DNA of 64,000 nucleotides from assembly GCA_034530615.2 (NCBI GenBank), contig JAVRCV020000053.1, positions 81,048 through 145,047 on the forward strand, in the 5' to 3' direction. Positions 31,211 through 41,158 of the stretch are shown here, in pieces. The stretch's first letter is position 1; each line of letters begins with the position of its first letter. This stretch comes from Aulosira sp. ZfuVER01 (GTDB lineage: Bacteria > Cyanobacteriota > Cyanobacteriia > Cyanobacteriales > Nostocaceae). Position numbers and translations under genes: made by a program. The notes beneath the pieces were generated by a model, which made no database searches, was not told the origin of the DNA, and saw nothing but the letters and a program-made list of their open reading frames with translations.

Positions 31211-33841
31211 ATGTCCTTTGTCCCTTTGCATATTCACAGTGACTACAGCTTACTTGATGGGGCCAGTCAGCTGCCAGAGTTGGTGGATCAGGCGATCGCA
31301 CTGGGGATGAAAGCGATCGCCCTCACCGATCACGGTGTGATGTACGGTGCGGTGGAACTGATCAAAATCTGCCGCAGTAAAAACATTAAGCCAATTCTTG
31401 GCAATGAAATGTATATCATTAATGGCGATATCGAAAAGCAAGAACGCCGTCCCCGTTATCATCAAGTTGTTTTAGCTAAAAATACTAAAGGTTATAAAAA
31501 TTTAGTCAAATTAACTACTATTTCCCACCTTAAAGGTGTACAGGGAAAAGGTATTTTTTCCCGTCCTTGTATCAACAAAGAATTATTAAAAGAATATCAT
31601 GAAGGGTTGATTGTCACCAGTGCTTGTTTAGGTGGAGAAATCCCCCAAGCAATTCTTAGCAATAGACCAGATGCAGCGCGGAAAGTTGCTAAATGGTATA
31701 AAGATGTATTTGGTGATGACTATTATTTAGAAATTCAAGACCACGGCTCCCAAGAAGACCGAATTGTTAACGTAGAAATTATTAAAATAGCTCGGGAATT
31801 AGATATTAAAGTTGTTGCTACTAATGACTCTCATTTTATTTCTTGTTATGACGTAGAAGCACATGACGCTTTGCTGTGCATTCAAACAGGCAAGCTAATT
31901 ATTGAAGAAAATCGGATGCGTTATAGCGGCACAGAATATCTCAAATCTGCCGAAGAAATGAAGCTGCTATTTCGCGATCATTTACCTGATGATGTGATTG
32001 CGTCAGCTGTAGCTACTACCGAAGAAGTTGCCGATAAAGTCGAGCCTTACCAGATTATGGGTGAGCCGCAAATTCCTACCCCTCCCATTCCCTCTGGTCA
32101 TACTGCTGATACTTATGCCGAAGAAGTTGCATGGAGCGGACTTTTAGAAAGATTAAATCGCAAATCCCGCAACGAAGTCGATCCAACCTACAAAGAAAGG
32201 TTGGAATACGAACTAAAAATGATTCAACAAATGGGATTTTCCAAATACTTTTTAGTTGTATGGGATTATATCAAATTTGCGAGAGATAATAATATCCCTG
32301 TAGGGCCTGGTCGCGGTTCGGCGGCTGGCTCATTAGTTGCTTATGCGATGCGCATTACCAACATCGATCCAGTACATCATGGTTTATTATTTGAGCGCTT
32401 TTTGAACCCAGAACGGAAATCCATGCCTGATATTGATACGGATTTCTGCATTGAACAAAGAGATAAAGTTATTGAATATGTAACTGAGAAATATGGTGCT
32501 GATAAGGTTGCCCAAATTATTACCTTTAACCGGCTAACTTCCAAATCAGTATTAAAAGATGTCGCCAGAGTATTAAATATTCCCTATGGGGAAGCCGACA
32601 AAATGGCGAAATTAATTCCTGTAGTGCGGGGTAAACCAACTAAACTCAAGGTGATGGTTTCTGATGATACCCCAGCACCAGAGTTTAAAGAAAAGTATGA
32701 TAATGAGCCTCATGTTCGCCATTGGCTTGATATGGCAATGCGCATTGAAGGAACTAACAAAACCTTTGGGGTTCATGCAGCAGGCGTGGTAATTTCTGCC
32801 GATCCCCTTGATGAAATCGTACCGCTACAGAGAAATAACGACGGTTCCGTGATTACTCAGTATTTCATGGAAGACTTAGAATCAATGGGATTGTTAAAGA
32901 TGGACTTTCTCGGTCTGCGGAACTTAACTCTGATTCAAAAGACTCTAGATTTAATTGAACAAACTAACGGTTATCGTGTCGATCCTGATGAAATTACAGG
33001 ACAAGAAAGAAAAGCGCAGAGGATATTAGCTAAAGGCGAACATAGTACTTTACCAAAAGATGTCCAAAAAGCTTACGCACTATTAGAAGCTGGAGAGTTA
33101 GAAGGAGTATTTCAGTTAGAATCTTCGGGGATGAAGCAGATAGTGCGAGATTTGAAGCCATCTAATATCGAAGATATCTCCTCAATTTTGGCACTTTATC
33201 GACCGGGTCCTTTAGATGCGGGACTAATTCCTAAGTTTATTAACCGTAAGCACGGACGAGAAAATATTGACTATGAAACTGCTATTTTAGAACCCATATT
33301 AAATGAGACATACGGAATTATGGTCTATCAAGAGCAAATTATGAAAATTGCTCAGGATATGGCTGGATATTCGCTAGGACAAGCTGATTTGCTGCGTCGG
33401 GCGATGGGTAAAAAGAAAGTTTCGGAGATGCAGAAACAGCAAGAAAAGTTTATTGATGGTGCAACTAAAAACGGCGTTAAAAAGCAAGTAGCTGAGAAGC
33501 TATTTGATGATATGTTGAAATTTGCTGAATATTGCTTAAGCTATGACACGGAAATTTTAACAGTCGAATACGGCTTAATTCCGATAGGTGAAATAGTTGA
33601 AAAACAATTGGAATGCAGGGTTTATAGTGTTGATGAAAATGGCAACGTTTATACTCAACCCATAGCACAATGGCATAATCGCGGCAAACAAGAAGTATTT
33701 GAGTATTATTTAGAAGATGGTTCGATTATTCGGGCGACAAAAGACCATAAATTTATGACTACTGATGGGCAAATGTTACCGATTAATGAAATATTTGAAC
33801 GGGGGTTGGATTTGCTACAGGTTCCGCGATTACCAAAATAA
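31211..33841 (+). CDS. dnaE: DNA polymerase III alpha subunit, N-terminal part, with split intein N-half
   Basis: PHP motif [22 protein letters not shown]; ends in ..KFAEY followed by the intein. Confidence 0.98.
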   Translation: MSFVPLHIHSDYSLLDGASQLPELVDQAIALGMKAIALTDHGVMYGAVELIKICRSKNIKPILGNEMYIINGDIEKQERRPRYHQVVLAKNTKGYKNLVKLTTISHLKGVQGKGIFSRPCINKELLKEYHEGLIVTSACLGGEIPQAILSNRPDAARKVAKWYKDVFGDDYYLEIQDHGSQEDRIVNVEIIKIARELDIKVVATNDSHFISCYDVEAHDALLCIQTGKLIIEENRMRYSGTEYLKSAEEMKLLFRDHLPDDVIASAVATTEEVADKVEPYQIMGEPQIPTPPIPSGHTADTYAEEVAWSGLLERLNRKSRNEVDPTYKERLEYELKMIQQMGFSKYFLVVWDYIKFARDNNIPVGPGRGSAAGSLVAYAMRITNIDPVHHGLLFERFLNPERKSMPDIDTDFCIEQRDKVIEYVTEKYGADKVAQIITFNRLTSKSVLKDVARVLNIPYGEADKMAKLIPVVRGKPTKLKVMVSDDTPAPEFKEKYDNEPHVRHWLDMAMRIEGTNKTFGVHAAGVVISADPLDEIVPLQRNNDGSVITQYFMEDLESMGLLKMDFLGLRNLTLIQKTLDLIEQTNGYRVDPDEITGQERKAQRILAKGEHSTLPKDVQKAYALLEAGELEGVFQLESSGMKQIVRDLKPSNIEDISSILALYRPGPLDAGLIPKFINRKHGRENIDYETAILEPILNETYGIMVYQEQIMKIAQDMAGYSLGQADLLRRAMGKKKVSEMQKQQEKFIDGATKNGVKKQVAEKLFDDMLKFAEYCLSYDTEILTVEYGLIPIGEIVEKQLECRVYSVDENGNVYTQPIAQWHNRGKQEVFEYYLEDGSIIRATKDHKFMTTDGQMLPINEIFERGLDLLQVPRLPK
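33533..33838 (+). other. DnaE-n split intein (102 aa)
   Basis: [14 protein letters not shown].. block A and ATKDHKF block B; the C-half is not in this window. Confidence 0.97.
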
Positions 33842-33932
33842 GAACCCATAGCAATAATTAATACGGGATTGGATGCTCAGAGTAAGAAAACTTGTGCCAT
33901 AGTTTTTTACTTTTAGTTGCTACGATCTGTTA

Positions 33933-35429
33933 TCAATCTCGTGTATATTTACAAGCCAAGTATTGCTGAAAAGTAATATAAGAGAAAGAGTAAATACCCT
34001 TTGCCCTCTCAACCAGTAAACCATTTTGAGATTGAATACACTTTAGAAGTGATTCGCTATCAATTTCCAGTGCATCCAAATTTTTATTACCATCATGTAA
34101 GCTACGAATGTATTGGATAATATGCTTTTCAATAGATTCTTGATTGAAGAAATACTCACCTCGTTCCCAAGAATTTCGAGCAATTTTGCTCAATAACTCT
34201 TCTGTTTGCCGTCGAAAAATTTGTCGATAATTCTCATCTCGTTGAATATGATGCTGGTCATCCCATCGTTTAATCAATATATCTAATGCTTCTTGATAAA
34301 TTTCTGATTTAGAATCGGTAAAATCTACTATGTCTTCAAAAACTAAACATAGAAATGTCAGTAATAAGGGATTAGTTGCCAATTCTTGTAGCGATTGATT
34401 TTCTTTTAGCTTTTGTAAAAAATATTCTGCTTTGCTCGCTTCTGTTTCCTGAAACCACTTGGTAACAAATTCAGTAATCTGTTGGTCATCAAAATCGGCA
34501 ATTTCTACTTCTGTAAATTGTTCAAAAATATAATTCCGTGCCGCAACTCGGCAGGTGATGACAAAGGAATTGGCGTAAAATCGGATTGTAAAAGAGCGAA
34601 TCTCCTGCACAACTCGTTCAAAATTGGCATCTCTAACTTCATCTAACCCATCTAATAAAACAATTGTTTGCCCTTGAGTGAGAAGGTTTAGCGCTGCATT
34701 GGGTACAACCACCCCACAATCTTCAAACTGTTCTGTAATGTACTCTAGTAGAGTTGTTTGCTCTCTAGCCTCTGCAAAGTCTTTGAGATGAATAAAAATT
34801 GGCACGCGATCGCTTCGATACTCGCCCAAGTTACACTGAATAGCCAACCACTTTAAAAATATGGTCTTGCCTGTTCCTGGTTTCCCTAAAATTATCAATT
34901 TGTCGTAGTCTTCTACGGCTTCCAGGGCTAGTCGGCGCGGTTGTTGTAGAATACCCAAGTTAAAACAGTTCCACTTCTTAGGGTCAAAATCCCGCACTAT
35001 CTCTCCAATATTCAACCGCCTGCGTCCAGCCACCCGTTCCCAAATATTTACATGAGTGTAGATAGTATCCAGCCTTCTTGGCCGTTCCATATCTAGCACC
35101 CGCATCACGCCACAACGCCTTTGGATGCTGTCATGGACTTTTTCACGAACACTCTGCACCAAACTCTGAATTTGGCTAACGCTGGCTGACTGTTCCACGT
35201 CAGGGAAGGATGAAGGCTTAATAATCTCTTCCCAATTCAGGTTGAGCTTTTCGCAAATTGTGACGAAAATGTAGCGGTCAACTGGTTTGCCTTGAAAAAA
35301 CTTGGTCACAGGCTGACGACTAATGCCTAGTTCTCCGGCTAACCCTTGCTGTGTCAAGGAATTACGGATTAAGGCTGCTTCGGCTTTACTAATTCCCTTG
35401 GCCGATGCTTGAAGCGATCGCCTAGTCAT
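33933..35429 (-). CDS. XRE-HTH + NACHT (STAND) NTPase lacking a C-terminal sensor domain
   Basis: TQQGLAGELGISRQPVTKFF HTH; GKPGTGKT Walker A; LLDGLDE Walker B; NPLLL; ends just after YSFSYITFQQYLA. Confidence 0.9.
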   Translation of the reverse strand: MTRRSLQASAKGISKAEAALIRNSLTQQGLAGELGISRQPVTKFFQGKPVDRYIFVTICEKLNLNWEEIIKPSSFPDVEQSASVSQIQSLVQSVREKVHDSIQRRCGVMRVLDMERPRRLDTIYTHVNIWERVAGRRRLNIGEIVRDFDPKKWNCFNLGILQQPRRLALEAVEDYDKLIILGKPGTGKTIFLKWLAIQCNLGEYRSDRVPIFIHLKDFAEAREQTTLLEYITEQFEDCGVVVPNAALNLLTQGQTIVLLDGLDEVRDANFERVVQEIRSFTIRFYANSFVITCRVAARNYIFEQFTEVEIADFDDQQITEFVTKWFQETEASKAEYFLQKLKENQSLQELATNPLLLTFLCLVFEDIVDFTDSKSEIYQEALDILIKRWDDQHHIQRDENYRQIFRRQTEELLSKIARNSWERGEYFFNQESIEKHIIQYIRSLHDGNKNLDALEIDSESLLKCIQSQNGLLVERAKGIYSFSYITFQQYLACKYTRD

Positions 35430-35477
35430 TACCTCTATCTAAAATTATTTTGTTAATTAGATAACTACTTTAGCAAA

Positions 35478-35543
35478 AAGTCATACACATCTCATGCAGA
35501 AGTCATACATAAATCACTCCCAAGAATGATTGTAAAACATACA
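35478..35543. promoter_or_regulatory. 11-bp-phased direct repeats (AAGTCATACA-like), candidate operator array
   Basis: AAGTCATACA at 35478 and 35500, ATCTCATGCA at 35489, AAAACATACA at 35534. Confidence 0.5.
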
Positions 35544-35572
35544 TAAGAATGCGAATCTAGAGATCTAGATAT

Positions 35573-35602
35573 TTGACATCTCTTACATGAACTGAGTAAA
35601 TT
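35573..35602 (+). promoter_or_regulatory. Sigma70-type promoter TTGACA-N18-TAAATT
   Basis: Consensus -35 box; AGGAGG RBS before the ATG at 35634. Confidence 0.55.
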
Positions 35603-35633
35603 ATTATGTTAAGTGGTCGGTTTAGGAGGGATT

Positions 35634-36251
35634 ATGAGCGAAATTAACGTCTCGATTGATGCTCCTTCCGGAAAATATGTTATGAAACAAGCGCTAGAAC
35701 GAATCGCACTAGAATTTCAGGATTATCTCAATTCTCTACAACCTGAGGAGATTAAATGTTTAGCAGAACGATTGGCACCTACTCATACTAAGCCAAAGTA
35801 TTCCCAAGCTGAACTTGACTTTGCTGCCAAACTTGGTGCCAATCAAATCAGTGATGAAGAGCATAGTAAATTAGAACTTGCTGCCCTGACGAGAAATTTT
35901 AGGTGGAGACAAGAATTACTTAAATCTTCATTAACGGCACCACAAGTAGCCGATTTGTTGAATACAACCCGTCAGACGCCACACGATCGCTTAAAAAAGA
36001 ATAGCTTAATTGCTGTTCAAGATAACGGCGTCTGGAAATTTCCCACCTGGCAATTCGATCCTCAGGGGCCAGATGGTGTGATTGCTGGGCTACCAGATGT
36101 TTTAAAAGCTCTGAATGTTCCTGCTTTCTCCAAAATAAGTTGGCTGAATCGACCAAACAACGCTTTAAATGGGCTAACCCCCATAGAAGCCCTGAAGTTT
36201 GGGCAAATAGATGATGTAATTGCCGAAGCCAGGACTGTAGGAGTCTTGTAA
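35634..36251 (+). CDS. MbcA/ParS/Xre-like antitoxin (HTH plus toxin-binding C-terminal domain)
   Basis: LTAPQVADLLNTTRQ HTH; FPTWQF; W..RPN..LNGLTPIEAL; upstream of a RES gene. Confidence 0.8.
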   Translation: MSEINVSIDAPSGKYVMKQALERIALEFQDYLNSLQPEEIKCLAERLAPTHTKPKYSQAELDFAAKLGANQISDEEHSKLELAALTRNFRWRQELLKSSLTAPQVADLLNTTRQTPHDRLKKNSLIAVQDNGVWKFPTWQFDPQGPDGVIAGLPDVLKALNVPAFSKISWLNRPNNALNGLTPIEALKFGQIDDVIAEARTVGVL

Positions 36252-36559
36252 TAGTCTGTTAGTTAACAAATGATCGATAATAATCAACGCCAGGACGCGG
36301 AGAATGAAAATTTCCCCGCGTCCTCTTTTCCGTGTGTCTTTGTCTCTGTGTCTTCTTATAAGATCCTTGAGTATAAATTCTGGCAACAAATCAACTGGGT
36401 GACTGACAAAAGTTACAGGGACTACACTTGTATAGATAAAAATGTCCGGAAACACGTAGCTAACTCTTGAATTTTGCTGTAGATATAGTTTTAATGTACT
36501 AATTTACAGACGCCGTAAAAGTCTGTGCCTTACATAGTGCTGCGTATAACTCCATAACT

Positions 36560-36588
36560 GTAGGTATTTAGCAATGCTAATCACCTAT
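36560..36588. repeat. Degenerate copy of the RAYT-associated REP
   Basis: GTAGGTATTTAGCAATGCTAATCACCTAT. Confidence 0.75.
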
Positions 36589-36644
36589 GGGTATTAAACT
36601 GTTTAAATTAAGTATTCTTATATTGTCAGTCAACCAGATGAGGA

Positions 36645-37316
36645 GTGATAAAGGTGGTCAAACTGATTGTCCCGCCACCTCGCTTTGGCAGGCCAAAACC
36701 AAAATTTTATAGTTTGAAAAAGGGCACGGAACTTTTCAGAATTTTCCGGACAGATTTTGGTACTACTGCCCTGAGTTTTCGAGTGTGGGGTCCACTTTAT
36801 CGCTTCGATCATCATCGTGGCAACCTTCCCAGTTTTTCCTACGAGCCACAGGATTATCAACCAGCCAATGACCAAGAACGTGGTATATACTACCTTGCAC
36901 CAAAAGTTTCCAGTTGTCTAGTGGAAGTTTTTGGCGATATCGGTTGTATAGAAATTACCGACCAACAAATTGCGATCGTTACTGTCACCAGGGATTTAAA
37001 ATTATTGGATCTCCGGGGTACAGGCGCGATGCGAGCGGGTGCGAATGAAGCCACCCTAGCCAAGACAGAAAAGCGTTCCCTTAGCCAAGCTTGGTCGCGC
37101 TACTTTTATGAGCAGCCAGCAATTTACACCCAAATTCATGGATTAATTTATTGCAATGCTCATAATAATGAAGATGCGATCGCTATTTACGAGCGTGCGG
37201 AAAATTTCTTCACCTGTAGTCCAGAAAATGTATTACCCCTAAAACACGAATTGTTACGGGGTCTGATTTTAAAAGCGGCGGATGAGAATAATTTAGAAGT
37301 CATTCCCTATTGGTAA
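36645..37316 (+). CDS. RES-domain toxin (MbcT/ParT-like NAD+-consuming fold)
   Basis: YRFDHH, GIYY..CLVEVFGD, LLDLRG, SQAWSR and GLIY.NAHN..AIYER motifs. Confidence 0.85.
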   Translation: MIKVVKLIVPPPRFGRPKPKFYSLKKGTELFRIFRTDFGTTALSFRVWGPLYRFDHHRGNLPSFSYEPQDYQPANDQERGIYYLAPKVSSCLVEVFGDIGCIEITDQQIAIVTVTRDLKLLDLRGTGAMRAGANEATLAKTEKRSLSQAWSRYFYEQPAIYTQIHGLIYCNAHNNEDAIAIYERAENFFTCSPENVLPLKHELLRGLILKAADENNLEVIPYW

Positions 37317-37337
37317 TTCTGGTTAACACAAATGCTG

Positions 37338-37364
37338 GTAGGGGGTGGGTTTCCCCGCCCTTAC
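37338..37364. repeat. GTAG-type REP GTAGGGGGTGGGTTTCCCCGCCCTTAC
   Basis: Imperfect palindrome just downstream of the RES gene. Confidence 0.65.
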
Positions 37365-37404
37365 TTTACGAGAATTTATATATCGCTATTTTTAAATAAA
37401 AATT

Positions 37405-38322
37405 ATGATTAGCAAACCAAATCCAGAACCAGGTAGCAACCAAATTTCTAGAGAAGCAGTGGATTGGCTACTTAGACGAATCCTTCACATTCCCAAAAAC
37501 TGGTTAATAATTAGTAGTATTTTTATTCTTATCAGTACCTTTCAAATAACTGGTGGTGAAAAAATTACCTTTAAATTTGAAGTAACCAACACCACAGCCG
37601 TTTTTTTAGGGCTTATTTGGCTACCATCTCTACTGAAAATAATTGCCTTGACAGGAGGCGCAATCAAAACGCCAGTAGGGGAAATTACTGGCTCTAGTAT
37701 GATGCCGATGCTACAGTCATTAACGGGAGATACTCTAGGATTTTTGATTGAGCATACTAAGCTAGCAGAAGATATTGCACCACCACAACAGCAGCTAGAA
37801 ATGCGGCAAATGCGCCATGAATGGCAGAAAGCCTATGCATCCAGGATTCCTTCGTCGGAAGCACGAAAACAAATTGAAAGCTTAAGTCAACGCTACAAAG
37901 AACTCAGAAGTTCTCTACCATCAGGCGCAAAACGCACATTTGAGATGGAGTCTATTGCTGGGAGGATGCGTGCGCTGGCTTCAGAAGTGAATTTTTCTGA
38001 ATTAGAAGTAAACAACCTGCTCAAATCCAACGACCAAGGTAAGCGATTACTAGGACTTTCTGTAACAGAATGGTCTGGAGATCCGACTTATTTTTATGCA
38101 GTGTTGAATATCATTAATAATTCAGAAACAGCCTTTGAGCAGACCTGTGCATTGCGAGCAGCCGAAAAGATGGTAGCTAGGATCAATACTCAGCAGAAAC
38201 AAGACTTGCACTCAGTGCTGCTACATCAACGCAATTTTAATGAAGCAGAAAAGTGTTGGATTAGACCTAATTCTAATCGTTGGGCATTAAGCGATCGCAT
38301 TTTGACAGCCCTAGAAGAATAG
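37405..38322 (+). CDS. Hypothetical protein with two N-terminal TM helices and a helical cytoplasmic domain
   Basis: 305-aa ORF with two hydrophobic segments in the first ~80 aa. Confidence 0.8.
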   Translation: MISKPNPEPGSNQISREAVDWLLRRILHIPKNWLIISSIFILISTFQITGGEKITFKFEVTNTTAVFLGLIWLPSLLKIIALTGGAIKTPVGEITGSSMMPMLQSLTGDTLGFLIEHTKLAEDIAPPQQQLEMRQMRHEWQKAYASRIPSSEARKQIESLSQRYKELRSSLPSGAKRTFEMESIAGRMRALASEVNFSELEVNNLLKSNDQGKRLLGLSVTEWSGDPTYFYAVLNIINNSETAFEQTCALRAAEKMVARINTQQKQDLHSVLLHQRNFNEAEKCWIRPNSNRWALSDRILTALEE

Positions 38323-38335
38323 CGATCTACAGTTG

Positions 38336-40543
38336 CTACAACTTAGGTAAAATTTCTGGTAACATCTGACCGGGAACTTTTGATAAAGCCAGATTTTGCC
38401 CTTGTATTCCTAATTCATTGTGGAAAGCACGAATTGTTTTCACCACATAAGAAAAGGTTGTTTGATAAGCTTCTGGTTGTTTACTCAATCCATTTAATGC
38501 TTGCAAATGGTTATCTAATGCAGCTTCTAAATGTTGAGAACGTTGTGGTTTATCACCATTGAAATATTTATCTGTAGCAATCTGATAATGGGCTAGTCCT
38601 AAATTATTGTGAGTGGCTAGCAAATCAAAACTTAAAACAGAAGCATGAAGTGAGTGAGCGATCGCTAAAGCCTCGTTGTAAGCAGCAATGCACAATTGCA
38701 GATATTTATGCTTATCTTCTTTATTCGTCTGTGAGAGATTTGCTAAATGCCAGTAGGCTGTGCCCAGATTATTTTGAGTAGCAGCACAGCCGCTAGGAAC
38801 GGCCGCTGGTGTGCGATATTTGAGAGCATCACAATAAACATCAATAGCCATCTGAAGATGGTGCGCTGGTTGCTCGTACTGTGCAAGATTCCAATAGGCT
38901 GTGCCGATGTTGTTTTGAATCATGCCATACTTCAGCGGTTCATCGTCAGCGCTGTAGTGAGCAAGTGCTAGGTTATAAGCTGCGATCGCTTTCTTTAAAT
39001 TCACTACAGGTTGATTATATTGCCCTAGATGCCAGTAAGCAGTACCCAAATTATTCTGACAAGCTGCATACTTTAATGGCTCCATTGCCACTGTCCGGTA
39101 GCGCAACGCTTCGTTATAAGCTACAACAGCTTGCTGCCAACTCTCAGCTGGGTTAGAAAAACGAGCTAAATCTCCGTAAGCTGTGCCTAAATTATTTTGC
39201 ACGCGAGCGTAAGTTTCTGGATGCGTCTGTGGTGAGATCAGCTTTAAAGCCAACTTATAAAATTCAATTCCTTGTTCTATATAAGTTTGCCCTTCTTCAG
39301 AATTGGGTGGTGTGCGGTATAGCATCCAGTAAAGTGTACCCAAGTCATTTAAGATATCCGGCAGTTGTGGTGAGGTATCATCAAAGGATACTGCTTCCTG
39401 GTAAGCAATAATTGCTACCATCAAGTTTTCTAATGTTGCCTGCCCTTGTTCAATCCGCAGGCGATATAAGTTTCCTAAACGATGATAAGCAGCTGCTAGT
39501 ACTTCTCCTGAAGCATTCTGTGAGTGTAATCGCTCAATATCTACAAGTATGTGCTGCGCTTGCGAAATTTCATCGTCATCTTGAATAACTTTAGTATTAA
39601 TTGTTGCTAATACTAAATCAGTTAATTCCTTGCTAATATGAGCCAAAGATGGCAGTGGTGGAAGATTCTTGGCGCTGATTCTAATCGGAGCTTGTTCCTG
39701 CTTAGGCTCAACTTTTAATAGCTCCGTTGAAATAGAAACTTCCTGAGGTTGCTGCCCATTATTTACTGGTGTCTCTGGTTGAAAATCGAAATCATCCTCA
39801 AACTTCAGTTCGCTTTCCTCTGCTGCTTTTAACTCTGCCTGAGCGACTGCTTGTTCTAAAATAGATGGTTCAAAATTGTCAAAATCCAGACTTCTAGAGC
39901 CTACAAATCTTTCTGGATAGCCTGCATGGGTTGTTGGTGTCGGTTCGCCTGCAAAGAAAAACACACCAGTACGGTGATGCCAAAACTGTGGTGCTGACTG
40001 CTGAATTGCAGATAACCAAGGACGTGGTACCCATAAAAGCAAGCTAGATTCTAGGAAGCGGCTAGATTCTTGCGTAGATAAATACTCCTCACTTAAGCGG
40101 AGATAGTGTAAAAATAAACGCTGTACTGCGACTGGTTGCTTGGTTAGTAACTCTACACCAACAATTTGAAATGCAGGTATTGGTAAAGGTCGTCCTGGGG
40201 TGTCTTTTGATGCTCCCACAATTGGCGGTGGATAATTAGTTAGCCATTGATTTATCTGCGCGATAGGATTGGGGTCGCTTAAATTTAAACGCAAAGTTGC
40301 TAGGCGCGGATAGGCTGGGGTGCTACTTTCCAGGCTATCTTCTGGCTGATATAACACTTGCCCAACTGGATAAGCCAAGGTAGAATGCAAACGAGCTGCT
40401 ACTTGGTTTCTTAAGTGTAAATCATCACAAACTGCCAAAAAAAGTTGTCTTCGTAAATTTAGACTCAAGGCAAGTTTTAGGCGGTGATATACTTGCCGAT
40501 TCCAAGCAAAATTATCTGTGTGTGCAGTATCATTCACGCTCAT
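38336..40543 (-). CDS. Tetratricopeptide repeat protein
   Basis: Repeated QNNLGTAYW..A..AY..AL units. Confidence 0.92.
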   Translation of the reverse strand: MSVNDTAHTDNFAWNRQVYHRLKLALSLNLRRQLFLAVCDDLHLRNQVAARLHSTLAYPVGQVLYQPEDSLESSTPAYPRLATLRLNLSDPNPIAQINQWLTNYPPPIVGASKDTPGRPLPIPAFQIVGVELLTKQPVAVQRLFLHYLRLSEEYLSTQESSRFLESSLLLWVPRPWLSAIQQSAPQFWHHRTGVFFFAGEPTPTTHAGYPERFVGSRSLDFDNFEPSILEQAVAQAELKAAEESELKFEDDFDFQPETPVNNGQQPQEVSISTELLKVEPKQEQAPIRISAKNLPPLPSLAHISKELTDLVLATINTKVIQDDDEISQAQHILVDIERLHSQNASGEVLAAAYHRLGNLYRLRIEQGQATLENLMVAIIAYQEAVSFDDTSPQLPDILNDLGTLYWMLYRTPPNSEEGQTYIEQGIEFYKLALKLISPQTHPETYARVQNNLGTAYGDLARFSNPAESWQQAVVAYNEALRYRTVAMEPLKYAACQNNLGTAYWHLGQYNQPVVNLKKAIAAYNLALAHYSADDEPLKYGMIQNNIGTAYWNLAQYEQPAHHLQMAIDVYCDALKYRTPAAVPSGCAATQNNLGTAYWHLANLSQTNKEDKHKYLQLCIAAYNEALAIAHSLHASVLSFDLLATHNNLGLAHYQIATDKYFNGDKPQRSQHLEAALDNHLQALNGLSKQPEAYQTTFSYVVKTIRAFHNELGIQGQNLALSKVPGQMLPEILPKL

Positions 40544-40948
40544 AGTGGCTACAAAGCCAAAACACAGTGTACATTCTCTTCAGTGGCAGATTTAAGCAGT
40601 CAAAAATCGAACCATAACTATGGTCTTCATCTAAGTGCTTTGCTGCTCAGGATTAATTTGGCTTTATGGTCGGGAAGAACAATAAAGTGTATAATTATAC
40701 TTCAATAAACATCATTATTTTAACAAAAATTGATACTCTTTTGACTGGACAAGCTTCTATTGTCGAATATTTGACAGATGCCCAGCCAAAGAGGAGCCAA
40801 ATATATTTCCGCTGATAGAAGCTGAAGTTGGAATCTGGGCGATCGCTGGCAATGAAATTCGGCAAGCTACTTCTCCTGTTTTTCACTTCCACCAAGAGGA
40901 TCTGTCCGTTAAAAACTTTAAGATGAAAATAGTTTGGAATAGTCTGAC

Positions 40949-41158
40949 TGAGATGATTTCTGACCGCTGCTCAGAACGTGTCTGATACGAAGTTGCCTAG
41001 TGTAGCTTGGATAAAGCAGAACAGGATTTCGTCAGCAATTATTGAGTAATTTAAGCTAATCGGCAAGGTACGGTCTAACAACGCCCATGTACTCCGACCG
41101 TTGAAAGTTTATCTGTGAGAGTTCGAGAATATCAGATGCTTACAGAGAAATCATCTCA
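40949..41158 (+). ncRNA. Candidate structured RNA (~210 nt), family not identified
   Basis: 13-bp perfect terminal inverted repeat enclosing several nested stems with G-U pairs; no credible ORF. Confidence 0.4.

Noticed and set aside
36270..36470. 66-aa ORF between the antitoxin and RES genes
   Set aside because: Its 5' half is translated repeat sequence (RQDAENENFPASS) and it has no clear RBS; probably spurious.
40695..40895. 66-aa ORF in the TPR upstream gap
   Set aside because: No RBS or recognisable motif.
40949..41158. Retron msr-msd or MITE
   Set aside because: Terminal inverted repeats are present, but there is no reverse transcriptase nearby and no target duplication.
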